Source of the DNA: a virus | DNA: 64,000 nt | IMG/VR virus record: IMGVR_UViG_3300029286_000013 | Direction: 5' to 3' (one strand) | Shown here: positions 34,538 to 44,413 of the stretch, one piece after another | Layout of the letters: every line of letters begins with the position of its first letter | Numbering within the stretch: the first letter of the stretch is position 1 | Notes under the pieces: generated by a model | What the model saw: the letters and a program-made list of their open reading frames with translations, nothing else | The model's database searches: none | Told to the model about the DNA's origin: nothing | Made by a program: the position numbers and the translations under genes

Positions 34538-35310
34538 TACGTTTTTATCAATTTAATAATCAATCCAGATATATCCAATTCCCACCATTGTTTTCTAAAA
34601 GTATAATCTTTGGGAAATCTATGATGATTGTTATGCCATGCCTCACCCCAACTAGGGATTGCAAACAACCAACTGTTAGTACTATCATCATTTAAATTGT
34701 ATGTTCTGTACCCGCTTATCCAATTGGGTTTGTGTCCGGCTATGTTAACAACATTACTCATTATACCTGTTAATACTGCCGGCGCCCAATGACCAAATAT
34801 CATCAACCAAACACCACCTATTGCAAATAATAACAAGCTCCAGGCTGCAATGATTACAAAGTAGTATCTATGTACAAATTGCTGAAATTTATCACTAATC
34901 AGTCGGCGCATTCTCCACTTAGTATCTTGATTAATATTTGCTTCATACTCAAGCAAGAAGATACTCCATCCTTTATATTTAGGAGAGTGTGGATCATTAA
35001 TAGTGTCACTTTTTAAATGATGATTAATGTGTATTGCTACCCACGCAATCGCACTACCTGTGCCTCCCAAAGCACCAAATATAGTAAACAATTTGGTCAA
35101 CCACTCGTTTGATTTATAACTATTGTGAGTTAATTTTCTATGGAACGTTACAACAATACCTAAACACCCGTATACAAAATATCCTGCCAACACAGCCCAA
35201 AACATACTGATAGTTAACGGATAGTATAGTAGTCCCATTAATGTCCCTAGTAATCCTAGTAGTACGAATAATTGAACTCCTTTAGTGCTTGATGATAGAT
35301 AGTGTGTCAT
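34537..35310 (-). CDS. Acyl-lipid/acyl-CoA delta-9 desaturase (OLE1/DesC-like)
   Basis: HRKLTH, HINHH..SD..DPHSP, GEAWHNNHH. Confidence 0.92.
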   Translation of the reverse strand: MTHYLSSSTKGVQLFVLLGLLGTLMGLLYYPLTISMFWAVLAGYFVYGCLGIVVTFHRKLTHNSYKSNEWLTKLFTIFGALGGTGSAIAWVAIHINHHLKSDTINDPHSPKYKGWSIFLLEYEANINQDTKWRMRRLISDKFQQFVHRYYFVIIAAWSLLLFAIGGVWLMIFGHWAPAVLTGIMSNVVNIAGHKPNWISGYRTYNLNDDSTNSWLFAIPSWGEAWHNNHHRFPKDYTFRKQWWELDISGLIIKLIKT

Positions 35311-35318
35311 ATATGTAT

Positions 35319-35828
35319 TTATAGATTATTATCAATGATATATTGTTTAACTTCATCATATGATGCAGGTAACGGTACTCCTATACTTAGTAAATATCTG
35401 TATTCACTGAAGTTAAAAATTGTATGAAATTTATGCACGTTTAACAAAGTATACTTATCTTGCTCGTATACTAATTTAGTTACATCAACCATTCGCCCAT
35501 TAGCGGCCGGATTACCAAACATTGTTAAACTATCGTAACCGTCTATTAACATATTTATGCAACAATTTCTTCCTTGATGGTCAATATGCCATTTGTAACA
35601 AGTATTTGGTTTAAATCTATAGATTGCCAATTTTTGTTGGCAATCAAATTTCTCAATAAATCTAACTAAATTAGGTTCTGTCTTAAAATCATCTATTGTT
35701 AACAATAAACAATTCATCTCAATAATGTCTTTCCAATCACTTTCCGTTGATTTGGATATTATGTCACGCAAATACTGTGTCAACGTTGATGTGTTTTGCA
35801 ATCTATAAAATAATTTTACACTATCCAT
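35319..35828 (-). CDS. 2OG-Fe(II)/cupin-like oxygenase
   Basis: WHID...FHTIFN...RYLLS. Confidence 0.65.
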   Translation of the reverse strand: MDSVKLFYRLQNTSTLTQYLRDIISKSTESDWKDIIEMNCLLLTIDDFKTEPNLVRFIEKFDCQQKLAIYRFKPNTCYKWHIDHQGRNCCINMLIDGYDSLTMFGNPAANGRMVDVTKLVYEQDKYTLLNVHKFHTIFNFSEYRYLLSIGVPLPASYDEVKQYIIDNNL

Positions 35829-36409
35829 GCATAATCCTTATACTTAGATGCGCTTTCTTTAATTAAAGAAGAATGATTTTTCTTTAATGGCCCGTATACT
35901 AATAACAATCCTTTAGTCTTTGTATTATCATAAATTGCAGAATGCTGTAGAGGGTAGTCTTTATAATAAAATGAATTTGTATCTGTTGGCAATGTCAATT
36001 TTCTTTGTTGATTATTGTACGTGAACTCCCATATGGGGTCTGTGTAAGTGTTCCACAATACTGCTCTAAATTCGTCACGCGGAGATGCATAATCAGAATG
36101 CGATGGTACTGGTTCGGTATTTTCCATAACTCTAATTAATCTAGGCTCTAGTGGTACGTGTTTAAAAATCTGTTCTAGTAAGTTATCAATAACTGCACAC
36201 TTAGGTGCTATTACAGCATCATACAATGAATACAATCTTGTGTTTCCTGTATTGAATATGTCAACCCCCCTAAGCATATCCTTGACAGTATTATTATGAT
36301 TACTTGTCACTTTGTTTATAAACTGAGAATGAGTATTCCAAACATCCCACCATTCATCCCAATTGTTTGGTTCTATTTTTGGTATGTCTAACGGTGTGTA
36401 TATTATCAT
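35816..36409 (-). CDS. Cupin/2OG-Fe(II)-like protein
   Basis: SHSD...QHSA...K. Confidence 0.5.
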   Translation of the reverse strand: MIIYTPLDIPKIEPNNWDEWWDVWNTHSQFINKVTSNHNNTVKDMLRGVDIFNTGNTRLYSLYDAVIAPKCAVIDNLLEQIFKHVPLEPRLIRVMENTEPVPSHSDYASPRDEFRAVLWNTYTDPIWEFTYNNQQRKLTLPTDTNSFYYKDYPLQHSAIYDNTKTKGLLLVYGPLKKNHSSLIKESASKYKDYAWIV

Positions 36410-37167
36410 TTTTTTATTATTGATATAATTGTCATCACTGGATCATACTCTTTATCTTTTATTTGAGTTGAACACTCTTTGGGATTAGCATGATGATTGT
36501 TATGCCACGCTTCACCTAATATAAAGGGGAATAACCATATGTTATTTCTACTATCATCTTTGGTTACAAAATTTCTATACCCACTAGTATGACCAAAGTA
36601 ATTAAAATTGTTTTGACTTAAGTGAACCAAAAATACAGGAAGTATCCAAATGAAATACAACAACTCTAAATTGATTACCGCTAGTACAAATACAAATGAC
36701 AAGATTATAGCCATATACCATTTGTGTATGAACAATTGTTCTTTGGTCATCAAGTCTTTTACTAAAAAGATTTGCATAGGTTCTTCTTCTTGTTTCTTAT
36801 AATGACCAAAACCAAAAATCTTGTATCCTAAAAATTTGGGGCTGTGTGGATCTTTTTCTGTATCAGAATATGCATGGTGTTTTCTATGTAGATATGACCA
36901 TCCTAGCGGGCTACCCCGACCAGATAGCACAGCCAACAAAGTAAAAAACCATTTTAGCATATCATTTTTAAATTCAAATGATTTGTGTGAGAAGTAGCGA
37001 TGCAATGTCATCCAATTACCCAAAATATTAAGTATATAAAAACTAAATAAGGTGATTGTTAAATTGGGTATAGTAAACATGGATAGATTAACTATCCCCG
37101 CAAATACACTGAGTGTGATTCCCAAAGTTAGTAGATTGATGTTGCGAGATGTTGATCCTAGTTGCAT
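36406..37167 (-). CDS. Second delta-9 desaturase
   Basis: HRYFSH, HRKHH..SD..DPHSP, GEAWHNNHH. Confidence 0.92.
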   Translation of the reverse strand: MQLGSTSRNINLLTLGITLSVFAGIVNLSMFTIPNLTITLFSFYILNILGNWMTLHRYFSHKSFEFKNDMLKWFFTLLAVLSGRGSPLGWSYLHRKHHAYSDTEKDPHSPKFLGYKIFGFGHYKKQEEEPMQIFLVKDLMTKEQLFIHKWYMAIILSFVFVLAVINLELLYFIWILPVFLVHLSQNNFNYFGHTSGYRNFVTKDDSRNNIWLFPFILGEAWHNNHHANPKECSTQIKDKEYDPVMTIISIIKK

Positions 37168-37204
37168 ATTATTCCCTCCTTGTATTTATTAATAAATAAT
37201 CACT

Positions 37205-38698
37205 ATGCAAGTTATTCTATTCACAGACGTTGCCGATACTTTAGGCTATGGTAAATACGCAGGTACATACAAAGTTGCCACTGAGGTGAGGAACGCAGGT
37301 TATACTTGCCAAGTTGTTGATTTGTTCAGTAAATACACATACCAAGAACTTGAAAATATTTTAAACAAGTTTGTAACATCAGAGACAGTTCTTATTGGGT
37401 TCAGTTGTACACTTATGGAAAGACGGGTCGGGTTATACGGTAGTAAGAATTATACTGTCTACAATTTTGGTAGACCTGATAGTGAAGTAGAAAGTTTACT
37501 TGACTATGCCAAAACAAAAAATTCAAAGATTAAAACAGTCGTGGGCGGTGCTCGTATTAATATGAATGTCGGCTGGAAGTTCATTGATTATGCTGTAGTT
37601 AATAAAGGTGACATTGCTATTGTCAAACTAGTTGAACATTTACTATATGGTAACAATTTACCATTAGTTAGAACATCACCGTGTAAAGTTATTGATGGAA
37701 GTAGTAGTGATTATTTTTATAGCCAAGACCAGTTTGCTACAAGTAAAATTATATATCAACCTCAAGATATCATATTATCGGGCGAGTGTTTGCCAATTGA
37801 AGTGGCGCGTGGGTGCATCTTTAGTTGTGCATACTGTCACTTTGACTTGATTGGCAAAAAGATTGGTGATTGGCAAAAGGCAGAAGATTCTTTACGTGAT
37901 GAACTTATGCGTAATTATGAGTTGTATGGAACAACTCATTATATGGTATCAGATGAGTTAATTAATGAGAGTCTACCTAAGATGGAATTAGTACATAAGG
38001 TATTTACTTCATTGCCATTCAAAATAACATACACAAGTTATGCACGACTAGACTTGATATCAGCGTTCCCTCAAATGCGTGATATGATACAAGAAAGTGG
38101 TGCTGTTAGTATTGCGTTTGGCATTGAAACAATGAATGATGTTGCAGGTAAGAAGATTGGTAAAGGCTTAGGTAAAGTCAGAACTAAAGCGGCATTGGCA
38201 CACTGTGCTGAAACTTGGAAAGGTAAGATTGTAACAAGCAGTCAATTTATTGTCGGCTTACCTGGAGAGAATGAAGCAAGTATGCGTGAAACTGTTGATT
38301 GGTTAGTTAGCGATGAATGTGATTTGGATATATTTGGATTCTTACCGTTATTCATTCGACCAGAAGAAGATGGTCGATCTACTAGTAAGATTGATAGAGA
38401 CCCTGCAAAGTTTGGTTATGTGTTACATGAAGACAAACCTTGGCAAGGTGAGCATATGAACTTTCAACAAGCATGTCGCTTAGTCTCTAGGTTGTATAGT
38501 GATCCTAGAGTACAGAAAAAAATCAAGTTTTCTGCGGCTACATGGATGGGTAGATTGTTGAACTTAGGTTATAATATTGAAGATATCTTTAGCATGATTA
38601 ATAACAGAAATCTTGCAAAGAATGAGGTTGTTAGTATTATTAATGAAAAATCAGAAATTAAAAAACAACTTTATTATGAAGAATTAATGAAGATTTAA
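37205..38698 (+). CDS. B12-binding radical SAM protein
   Basis: IGFS, VVGG, EVARGCIFSCAYC, GIET, FIVGLPGE. Confidence 0.88.
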   Translation: MQVILFTDVADTLGYGKYAGTYKVATEVRNAGYTCQVVDLFSKYTYQELENILNKFVTSETVLIGFSCTLMERRVGLYGSKNYTVYNFGRPDSEVESLLDYAKTKNSKIKTVVGGARINMNVGWKFIDYAVVNKGDIAIVKLVEHLLYGNNLPLVRTSPCKVIDGSSSDYFYSQDQFATSKIIYQPQDIILSGECLPIEVARGCIFSCAYCHFDLIGKKIGDWQKAEDSLRDELMRNYELYGTTHYMVSDELINESLPKMELVHKVFTSLPFKITYTSYARLDLISAFPQMRDMIQESGAVSIAFGIETMNDVAGKKIGKGLGKVRTKAALAHCAETWKGKIVTSSQFIVGLPGENEASMRETVDWLVSDECDLDIFGFLPLFIRPEEDGRSTSKIDRDPAKFGYVLHEDKPWQGEHMNFQQACRLVSRLYSDPRVQKKIKFSAATWMGRLLNLGYNIEDIFSMINNRNLAKNEVVSIINEKSEIKKQLYYEELMKI

Positions 38699-39240
38699 TC
38701 CTTAAGCAAAAATATAGGATCTTTGTCAAATCCCAAAGATAATGTTATTCTAGGTGAGAGTTCTGACATAAGAACCGCATGCGGTTCGTTAACTAATACT
38801 ACTGTCGGTGCATCTATTTCTACACTATCTGCTGTTCTTATTCCGGCAATTCCTGATAGTATCCAGGCACCTATAGATGTTTTACTATTGAATGTTCGTT
38901 TGTTAAATTCGCCACCTGAATAGAATACAGTTTTGGAACCTTTACAATTTAATAGTGGTAAATTTATTCTTGCAGACTGGGGGTACCCATCGACATGTAT
39001 CGGACTGTGACTATTTTGTGTCATAACGTATGCCACAGCCCAATTGCAAGTCAATCCATATTTAGCAAACCCGGCATCTAATTTAGGACAGTATTTTTTA
39101 AACGCAGTAACATCTAATGGATGATACGTTGTATTAGTTAACCTATAATAGATTTCAGGCTTATGTATTTTTAGATAGTCAACTGCATCACTGACGATAT
39201 CATCATAAAAATCTATTTCTATCTTTTTGTAATATTGCAT
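38695..39240 (-). CDS. 2OG-Fe(II)/cupin-like oxygenase
   Basis: PIHVD...RINLP...PHAV...PRITLS. Confidence 0.7.
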   Translation of the reverse strand: MQYYKKIEIDFYDDIVSDAVDYLKIHKPEIYYRLTNTTYHPLDVTAFKKYCPKLDAGFAKYGLTCNWAVAYVMTQNSHSPIHVDGYPQSARINLPLLNCKGSKTVFYSGGEFNKRTFNSKTSIGAWILSGIAGIRTADSVEIDAPTVVLVNEPHAVLMSELSPRITLSLGFDKDPIFLLKD

Positions 39241-39242
39241 AA

Positions 39243-39258
39243 CGTATTTATAAATACG
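39243..39258. promoter_or_regulatory. Palindromic bidirectional T4-like late promoter
   Basis: CGTATTTATAAATACG; TATAAATA on both strands, each 4 nt from an ATG. Confidence 0.8.
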
Positions 39259-39260
39259 GG

Positions 39261-39860
39261 ATGTCCTATACTATTTTAGCTTATTCCGATATGACACTGC
39301 CTCAACGTGGTATCTTCTTTGATTTTTTAAAAGAGGCTCGAAAAGAAACAACACAGCCTGCACATGAAAACATGTGGGATAATGACTGGAAAAATAAAAA
39401 CAATACTCTACCGTACTTATTAGAGTGTACTAACAGATTCACCTCAGGTGGAAAATATAATGTAGCATTTGACGGAGATCAAATAGTAGGATGTAGCGGG
39501 GTATACACTAGTGCATTTTGCTCTGAGTTAGCAATCGCAGGAACCAGAACTTGGATTCATAAAGATTATAGAAACAAGTCTATAGCTAGAGAATATTTAT
39601 TGCCAGCCGAGAAGGCTTGGGTTATTGAAAACAACTTTAAAGCTATCGCTATCTGTTTCAATGATTATAATAAGAACTTGACTAAAATTTGGAAACGCCT
39701 ACGTTTAGGAGAAAAAAGAACTCCTAGACAATCACACCATATGTTTTTTAACGGAGTAAATGCGCTGGAGTTCCCCGTTACTATTCAATATACAAAGCAA
39801 TGGATCATGTATGAAAAACTAGACCCATCATTTGATTTTGATTGGGATAGTATGAAATAA
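39261..39860 (+). CDS. GNAT-family acetyltransferase
   Basis: IVGCSG...RTWIHKDYRNKSIA. Confidence 0.7.
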   Translation: MSYTILAYSDMTLPQRGIFFDFLKEARKETTQPAHENMWDNDWKNKNNTLPYLLECTNRFTSGGKYNVAFDGDQIVGCSGVYTSAFCSELAIAGTRTWIHKDYRNKSIAREYLLPAEKAWVIENNFKAIAICFNDYNKNLTKIWKRLRLGEKRTPRQSHHMFFNGVNALEFPVTIQYTKQWIMYEKLDPSFDFDWDSMK

Positions 39861-39862
39861 CT

Positions 39863-41347
39863 TTACTCTTTCTTACAAAGAAACGTAACAAAACCTAAAT
39901 CAGCATGTATCACTTCTACTGTTTTAAATCCCACCATATGTAATTTATTAGTATACCAGCCTAAGGTAACACTATGCATTATACCAATTAAATCTTTTTC
40001 TTTCTGCTGAATATATTCTTCAGACACTCCGTTTTTTCTTTTAAAATCATAATACTCACGCTTAACAATTTCTGACTGTTGTAATTTATCAGTAAGTATA
40101 AGATAACCATAATTTGATAATGAGTTATAGATATCAGTCAGATAGGAATACTTGTCCTGAATAAAATGCACAGTCCAATTAGCTAAAATAAAATCATAAT
40201 TGTTCTTAGGGAAAGAGTCACTTTCAATAACTAAATCAGGAAAAATACTATTATCAATCATTGCACGACTGTTATCTACTCCGGTAACATTAGTATAACC
40301 TTCATCAATAAATTGTTTCATTGTATATCCCAATGCACTACCAACATCAATTATTCTAGCGTCTTTTTTTAAATTTTTATTGGCAAATTCAACGCACATA
40401 TCAATAACAGTATGATAAGACGGTATATGTGCTTCTGCTTCAAGCTGAAATCGTTTAGCTACTGAATCATCAAATACCCAAGATGTTTTATTAATATTAA
40501 CACTATCACCTTTAATTATAGTATCTTTTAATGTTTCAGTTACATTATTGCCTCGAAAATATCTAGCAATATACCTCAAAGGTCCTTGTTTATCATTTTC
40601 AAACTTATGATATTGCTCACGGAAAGGATCATAACTATTTTCAAATTTTTCAGGAAGTAATGTTTCCTCTGTCCTATTAAAAGAATTAGTAGACATTATT
40701 ATATCTAGTGCATTTATTGAAATCCTACTAGCAATACCTTCATAATAAATATTTTTCGTTGTATCATCTACACTCCTAACCATTGGCTGACTTGAAGTAA
40801 CTAATATTTCACCGTATTTTTTAACAGAATCATTAGGATCAATATTTTTAGCACCAATTGAACCGTATCCAGGAGTAGAGTCTGGATAGTTAATTGTTTC
40901 TATTACTATAGCTTCTTTAGTTATTTTACATAGTTTATCAAGTATCGATACCATATTCAAGAAACAGTAAATAACTCCGGCTGCTAAAACATAATCATAT
41001 TTTATATTTTGTGCTATTTTTTCATCTAAAAAATCTTCAATCTCTTGGTGTACAATTAAAAATTTATTAGAGTCCCAATATTTTGATAAAAGTATATTAC
41101 TATGGTCAATATAGTAGTTCTGTAACTCTACACCTGTGTAGTGTTTTGCCCCGTTAGTTAATGCATAATGGCCTGCGGCGCCAAGCGCACTACCTAAATC
41201 TAAAATATTTTTATCTTCTATTAGATTTTTAGGTAGTTGAACTTGACATTTTTTATATACAGTTTCTATAGTAGTAGGATGGTATACTCGGGTCTGTCTA
41301 CAATCTAATTCAATAAATTCTGTTGCAATTTCAAATATATTAGTCAT
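39863..41347 (-). CDS. Tandem methyltransferase; C-terminal domain CmoA-like
   Basis: ILDLGSALG; WVFDDSVA..IPSY, DVGSALG, GVDNSRAM, DFKRKNG. Confidence 0.75.
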   Translation of the reverse strand: MTNIFEIATEFIELDCRQTRVYHPTTIETVYKKCQVQLPKNLIEDKNILDLGSALGAAGHYALTNGAKHYTGVELQNYYIDHSNILLSKYWDSNKFLIVHQEIEDFLDEKIAQNIKYDYVLAAGVIYCFLNMVSILDKLCKITKEAIVIETINYPDSTPGYGSIGAKNIDPNDSVKKYGEILVTSSQPMVRSVDDTTKNIYYEGIASRISINALDIIMSTNSFNRTEETLLPEKFENSYDPFREQYHKFENDKQGPLRYIARYFRGNNVTETLKDTIIKGDSVNINKTSWVFDDSVAKRFQLEAEAHIPSYHTVIDMCVEFANKNLKKDARIIDVGSALGYTMKQFIDEGYTNVTGVDNSRAMIDNSIFPDLVIESDSFPKNNYDFILANWTVHFIQDKYSYLTDIYNSLSNYGYLILTDKLQQSEIVKREYYDFKRKNGVSEEYIQQKEKDLIGIMHSVTLGWYTNKLHMVGFKTVEVIHADLGFVTFLCKKE

Positions 41348-41354
41348 ATATTAT

Positions 41355-41870
41355 TTATAATGCAATTTTACCTACTGCATTTATAACTGCGGCAATCTTA
41401 CCGACTGCTTGTAGTTGCTGTACAGTCATTCCTTCATTCTTAAGAATGTCGTAATGTGACTTAACACAATGATTACATTTACCAACAATACTAGCACATA
41501 GTGCATACATCTCAAACTTTAGTTTTGAAACTCCACCGTGTGTGGCATATGCTTGCATACGTAATCCTGGGGGTAATCCTTTAAGGTTAGCATCACCTGT
41601 CATATCAACGAATGGATAATAAACGTTGTTCATACCCATCAATGCGGCCGCGGTCTTTGCGGCTTCACGTTCAGGGGTGCCCATAAGAGGGCCGTTCATC
41701 CCAATCTCAAGTGCTAATTCACCATTACCTGCACTAATCGCAGCCGCTAATGCACAGGCGTGTGCATCAACTTCATCTAGACCACTGCGATTAATGACCG
41801 CATCTAAGTTTAACTTAATATCCTTAGCGTGGTCTGGAATAGATTCCTTAACCTGGTCTACCCAACTCAT
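41355..41870 (-). CDS. ahpD: Alkylhydroperoxidase AhpD
   Basis: IPDHAKDIKLNL, MGMNNVYY, CNHCVKSH. Confidence 0.92.
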   Translation of the reverse strand: MSWVDQVKESIPDHAKDIKLNLDAVINRSGLDEVDAHACALAAAISAGNGELALEIGMNGPLMGTPEREAAKTAAALMGMNNVYYPFVDMTGDANLKGLPPGLRMQAYATHGGVSKLKFEMYALCASIVGKCNHCVKSHYDILKNEGMTVQQLQAVGKIAAVINAVGKIAL

Positions 41871-42427
41871 AGTGTTGCACCACCAATAGCACGATTACAT
41901 GGGCATAGTTCGCCAGTTTGCAATGCGTCAAGAACACGCAATGTTTCTTCTGGGTTACGACCAACATCTAAGTTGTTAACAGTAATGTGTTGAATAACGT
42001 TTTGTGGGTCAACAATGAATGTTGCACGTAATGCCGCACCTGCTGGGGCATAGAATACTCCCAACTGTTCAATTAGACTTACGCTACCACGTTCTTCACC
42101 TGACTGATGACGAGCGGTATCAGCAAACTGATGATGTGTAATCTTACGCAAATCATCGTGACTTTTTTGCCAAGCTACTTTGCAGAACTCATTGTCTGTT
42201 GAACCTGTTAGTAATACTGCATCACGATCAGCAAAGTCTTGTGTCAACTTATCATATGCTACAATCTCGGTTGGACATACAAATGTAAAGTCCTTAGGGT
42301 AGTAAACAATAATTTTCCACTTACCTTCAAATGATTTTTCTGTGATTGTATAGAATGCATCTTCTGGTTGTCCTGGGCGAACACCTGTTATTACGAATGC
42401 TGTTAATTTATCTCCGACTGTTTTCAT
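41867..42427 (-). CDS. ahpC: Peroxiredoxin AhpC
   Basis: YPKDFTFVCPTE, GRNPEETLRVLDALQTGELCP. Confidence 0.95.
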   Translation of the reverse strand: MKTVGDKLTAFVITGVRPGQPEDAFYTITEKSFEGKWKIIVYYPKDFTFVCPTEIVAYDKLTQDFADRDAVLLTGSTDNEFCKVAWQKSHDDLRKITHHQFADTARHQSGEERGSVSLIEQLGVFYAPAGAALRATFIVDPQNVIQHITVNNLDVGRNPEETLRVLDALQTGELCPCNRAIGGATL

Positions 42428-42500
42428 AATTTTTCCTTGTGTGTAATAGTCTCTGTGAGTATATCATACTCTATGTTATTTATTCAACGAAACGGGTAGC

Positions 42501-42803
42501 TTAATCTTCAAATGAGCTTAAACCATTACTGTGTTTATCAGATACCTTTTCAGTATCCTGGTACAATCGTTTCTCTTGTGCAGTTAATGTATCTTTATGA
42601 GTTCTACGAGGATTACCGCATAAAGGACATTGTGGATTGCCACAATCCATAGCATGATGTTTTGCTAATCTATGCGGTTCTTTAATTGCTTTGTCTTTAT
42701 TTGTTAAACCATGTTGTTTAGCAATACGAACTTGTCTTGCAATTGCTACATCATTTTTATGACGGCGATGGCTATTTATGTATTTTGCGATTTCATTGCT
42801 CAT
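42501..42803 (-). CDS. Basic hypothetical protein with CxxxxCxxC
   Basis: DCGNPQCPLCGNPR. Confidence 0.7.
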   Translation of the reverse strand: MSNEIAKYINSHRRHKNDVAIARQVRIAKQHGLTNKDKAIKEPHRLAKHHAMDCGNPQCPLCGNPRRTHKDTLTAQEKRLYQDTEKVSDKHSNGLSSFED

Positions 42804-42812
42804 GATAATATT

Positions 42813-43451
42813 CTATCGTATATCTTTAAATTTGTCAATACAATACTGAGTTTTATTTCTCCATTGTATCAATATTTCTTTCGAAAACTGTTCCATATTT
42901 ATATGTGTAAACATACTTATTTTGGTTATCAATTCTTCAATATTTCCCTTAAATAATTCTTTCCAAGAAATATCTAGTAGAGATTCTGTGCTTTGAATCG
43001 CACTAAAATATATATGATGATTACGTATGTTAGTAGCGTATGATTCTTTGGTATATTCTAACGATGTTGTTGCACAATCAATTATCCATTTTCCATAATA
43101 TACATTGGCTATTTCTTCTGCATCGTCTAGGTCATATACTATTCTTATAGATTTTTTAAAAGTATTATTAATTAAATTAATATCTTTCATATGGCAGGTT
43201 ACATAGCCTGGTTTTTCTATATAGGGGTTAGGTAATTGAGATAACAAATGGTCAATCTTATCCTGATCAGGCCAATCAAATCCTTTAGCGTAGGGTTCTA
43301 AATCCTTCATACCTTTATGTGAGTTCCCGTGTTCACTAAGATTTAATACATTTTTTATATTTCTCTTGGCACTTACTATAAAATGGCATAAAAAATGTCC
43401 GCCGGTTCCTCCCATATAAGTTATAGGTATTATATCCTCAGTGGGCAACAT
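42813..43451 (-). CDS. Sulfotransferase-like/P-loop-like protein
   Basis: YMGGTGGHFL N-terminal motif. Confidence 0.5.
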   Translation of the reverse strand: MLPTEDIIPITYMGGTGGHFLCHFIVSAKRNIKNVLNLSEHGNSHKGMKDLEPYAKGFDWPDQDKIDHLLSQLPNPYIEKPGYVTCHMKDINLINNTFKKSIRIVYDLDDAEEIANVYYGKWIIDCATTSLEYTKESYATNIRNHHIYFSAIQSTESLLDISWKELFKGNIEELITKISMFTHINMEQFSKEILIQWRNKTQYCIDKFKDIR

Positions 43452-43827
43452 GTCTCTGTTTATAATCGTTTACTGCGGCTTTGATGGCGTCTTCCGCAAG
43501 GATTGAGCAATGGATTTTGACTGGGGGGAGTGCAAGTTCCTCTGCGATTTGAGAGTTTCTGAGTTCGGCAGCTTGGTCAAGTGTTTTCCCTTTGACCCAT
43601 TCAGTGACAAGACTTGAGCTAGCAATAGCCGACCCGCACCCATACGTTTTAAATTTGGCATCTGTGATTAATCCTGTTAGTTTATCTACTTTAATTTGTA
43701 ATTTCATTACGTCCCCGCAAGCCGGGGCTCCTACCATACCCGTACCTACATCGTCATCATCTTTTGCAAAACTACCGACGTTTCTTGGGTTTTCATAGTG
43801 GTCTACTACTTTTGCGCTATAAGCCAT
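43438..43827 (-). CDS. iscU: Fe-S cluster scaffold IscU
   Basis: DHYENPRNVG, APACGDVM, FKTYGCGSAIASSS, LPPVKIHC. Confidence 0.97.
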   Translation of the reverse strand: MAYSAKVVDHYENPRNVGSFAKDDDDVGTGMVGAPACGDVMKLQIKVDKLTGLITDAKFKTYGCGSAIASSSLVTEWVKGKTLDQAAELRNSQIAEELALPPVKIHCSILAEDAIKAAVNDYKQRHVAH

Positions 43828-43849
43828 GTGTTAGTCTCCTGTATTGTAT

Positions 43850-44413
43850 TTAGCGTTCTTCGTTGTCATCAATTACTATCCAACCTAATTTCAATAAATC
43901 TTCTCGTATTTCATCAGTTGCACAGCTTTCTGGAACAAACTTTTTACCTTGTATATATGACTCTTGTTGTTCTTTAGTTAGTGCTCGGAACTCATCATCA
44001 TCTAGTACCTTACTATCTCTTATACCACTACAGTACCAATCAATGTAGTCTCCTTTTTCTTGCATGTCAGCAACGATGCCACCTGCATGTCTCCAACTAC
44101 AACTCCATCGCTTTTCAGTTAGTATAGGCCATACATCATTTTTAGTAAAATCATTGTTACACATTGCGGCATATAGATTCTGTGCATAAACCTCACTTGA
44201 TTTTACTTTATCGATAATCCATTGAGTACTACGTAAATCATACTCCATGTTATCTTTTTGCCATAATGGATCTACAACATTAGCTTCATCCTGTTCACGC
44301 CAAGTTTTAAACATGTCTAAATATTCAGGGGCAGGTAACTTGCCAGCCTCTTCTTGACGTTTGACATAGTTTTCTAATTGAAATGTATTTCTATCTGGGC
44401 TACTACTTATCAT
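43850..44413 (-). CDS. Phage hypothetical protein
   Basis: YAQNLYAAMCNN, WSCSWR, YIDWYCSG. Confidence 0.75.
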   Translation of the reverse strand: MISSSPDRNTFQLENYVKRQEEAGKLPAPEYLDMFKTWREQDEANVVDPLWQKDNMEYDLRSTQWIIDKVKSSEVYAQNLYAAMCNNDFTKNDVWPILTEKRWSCSWRHAGGIVADMQEKGDYIDWYCSGIRDSKVLDDDEFRALTKEQQESYIQGKKFVPESCATDEIREDLLKLGWIVIDDNEER

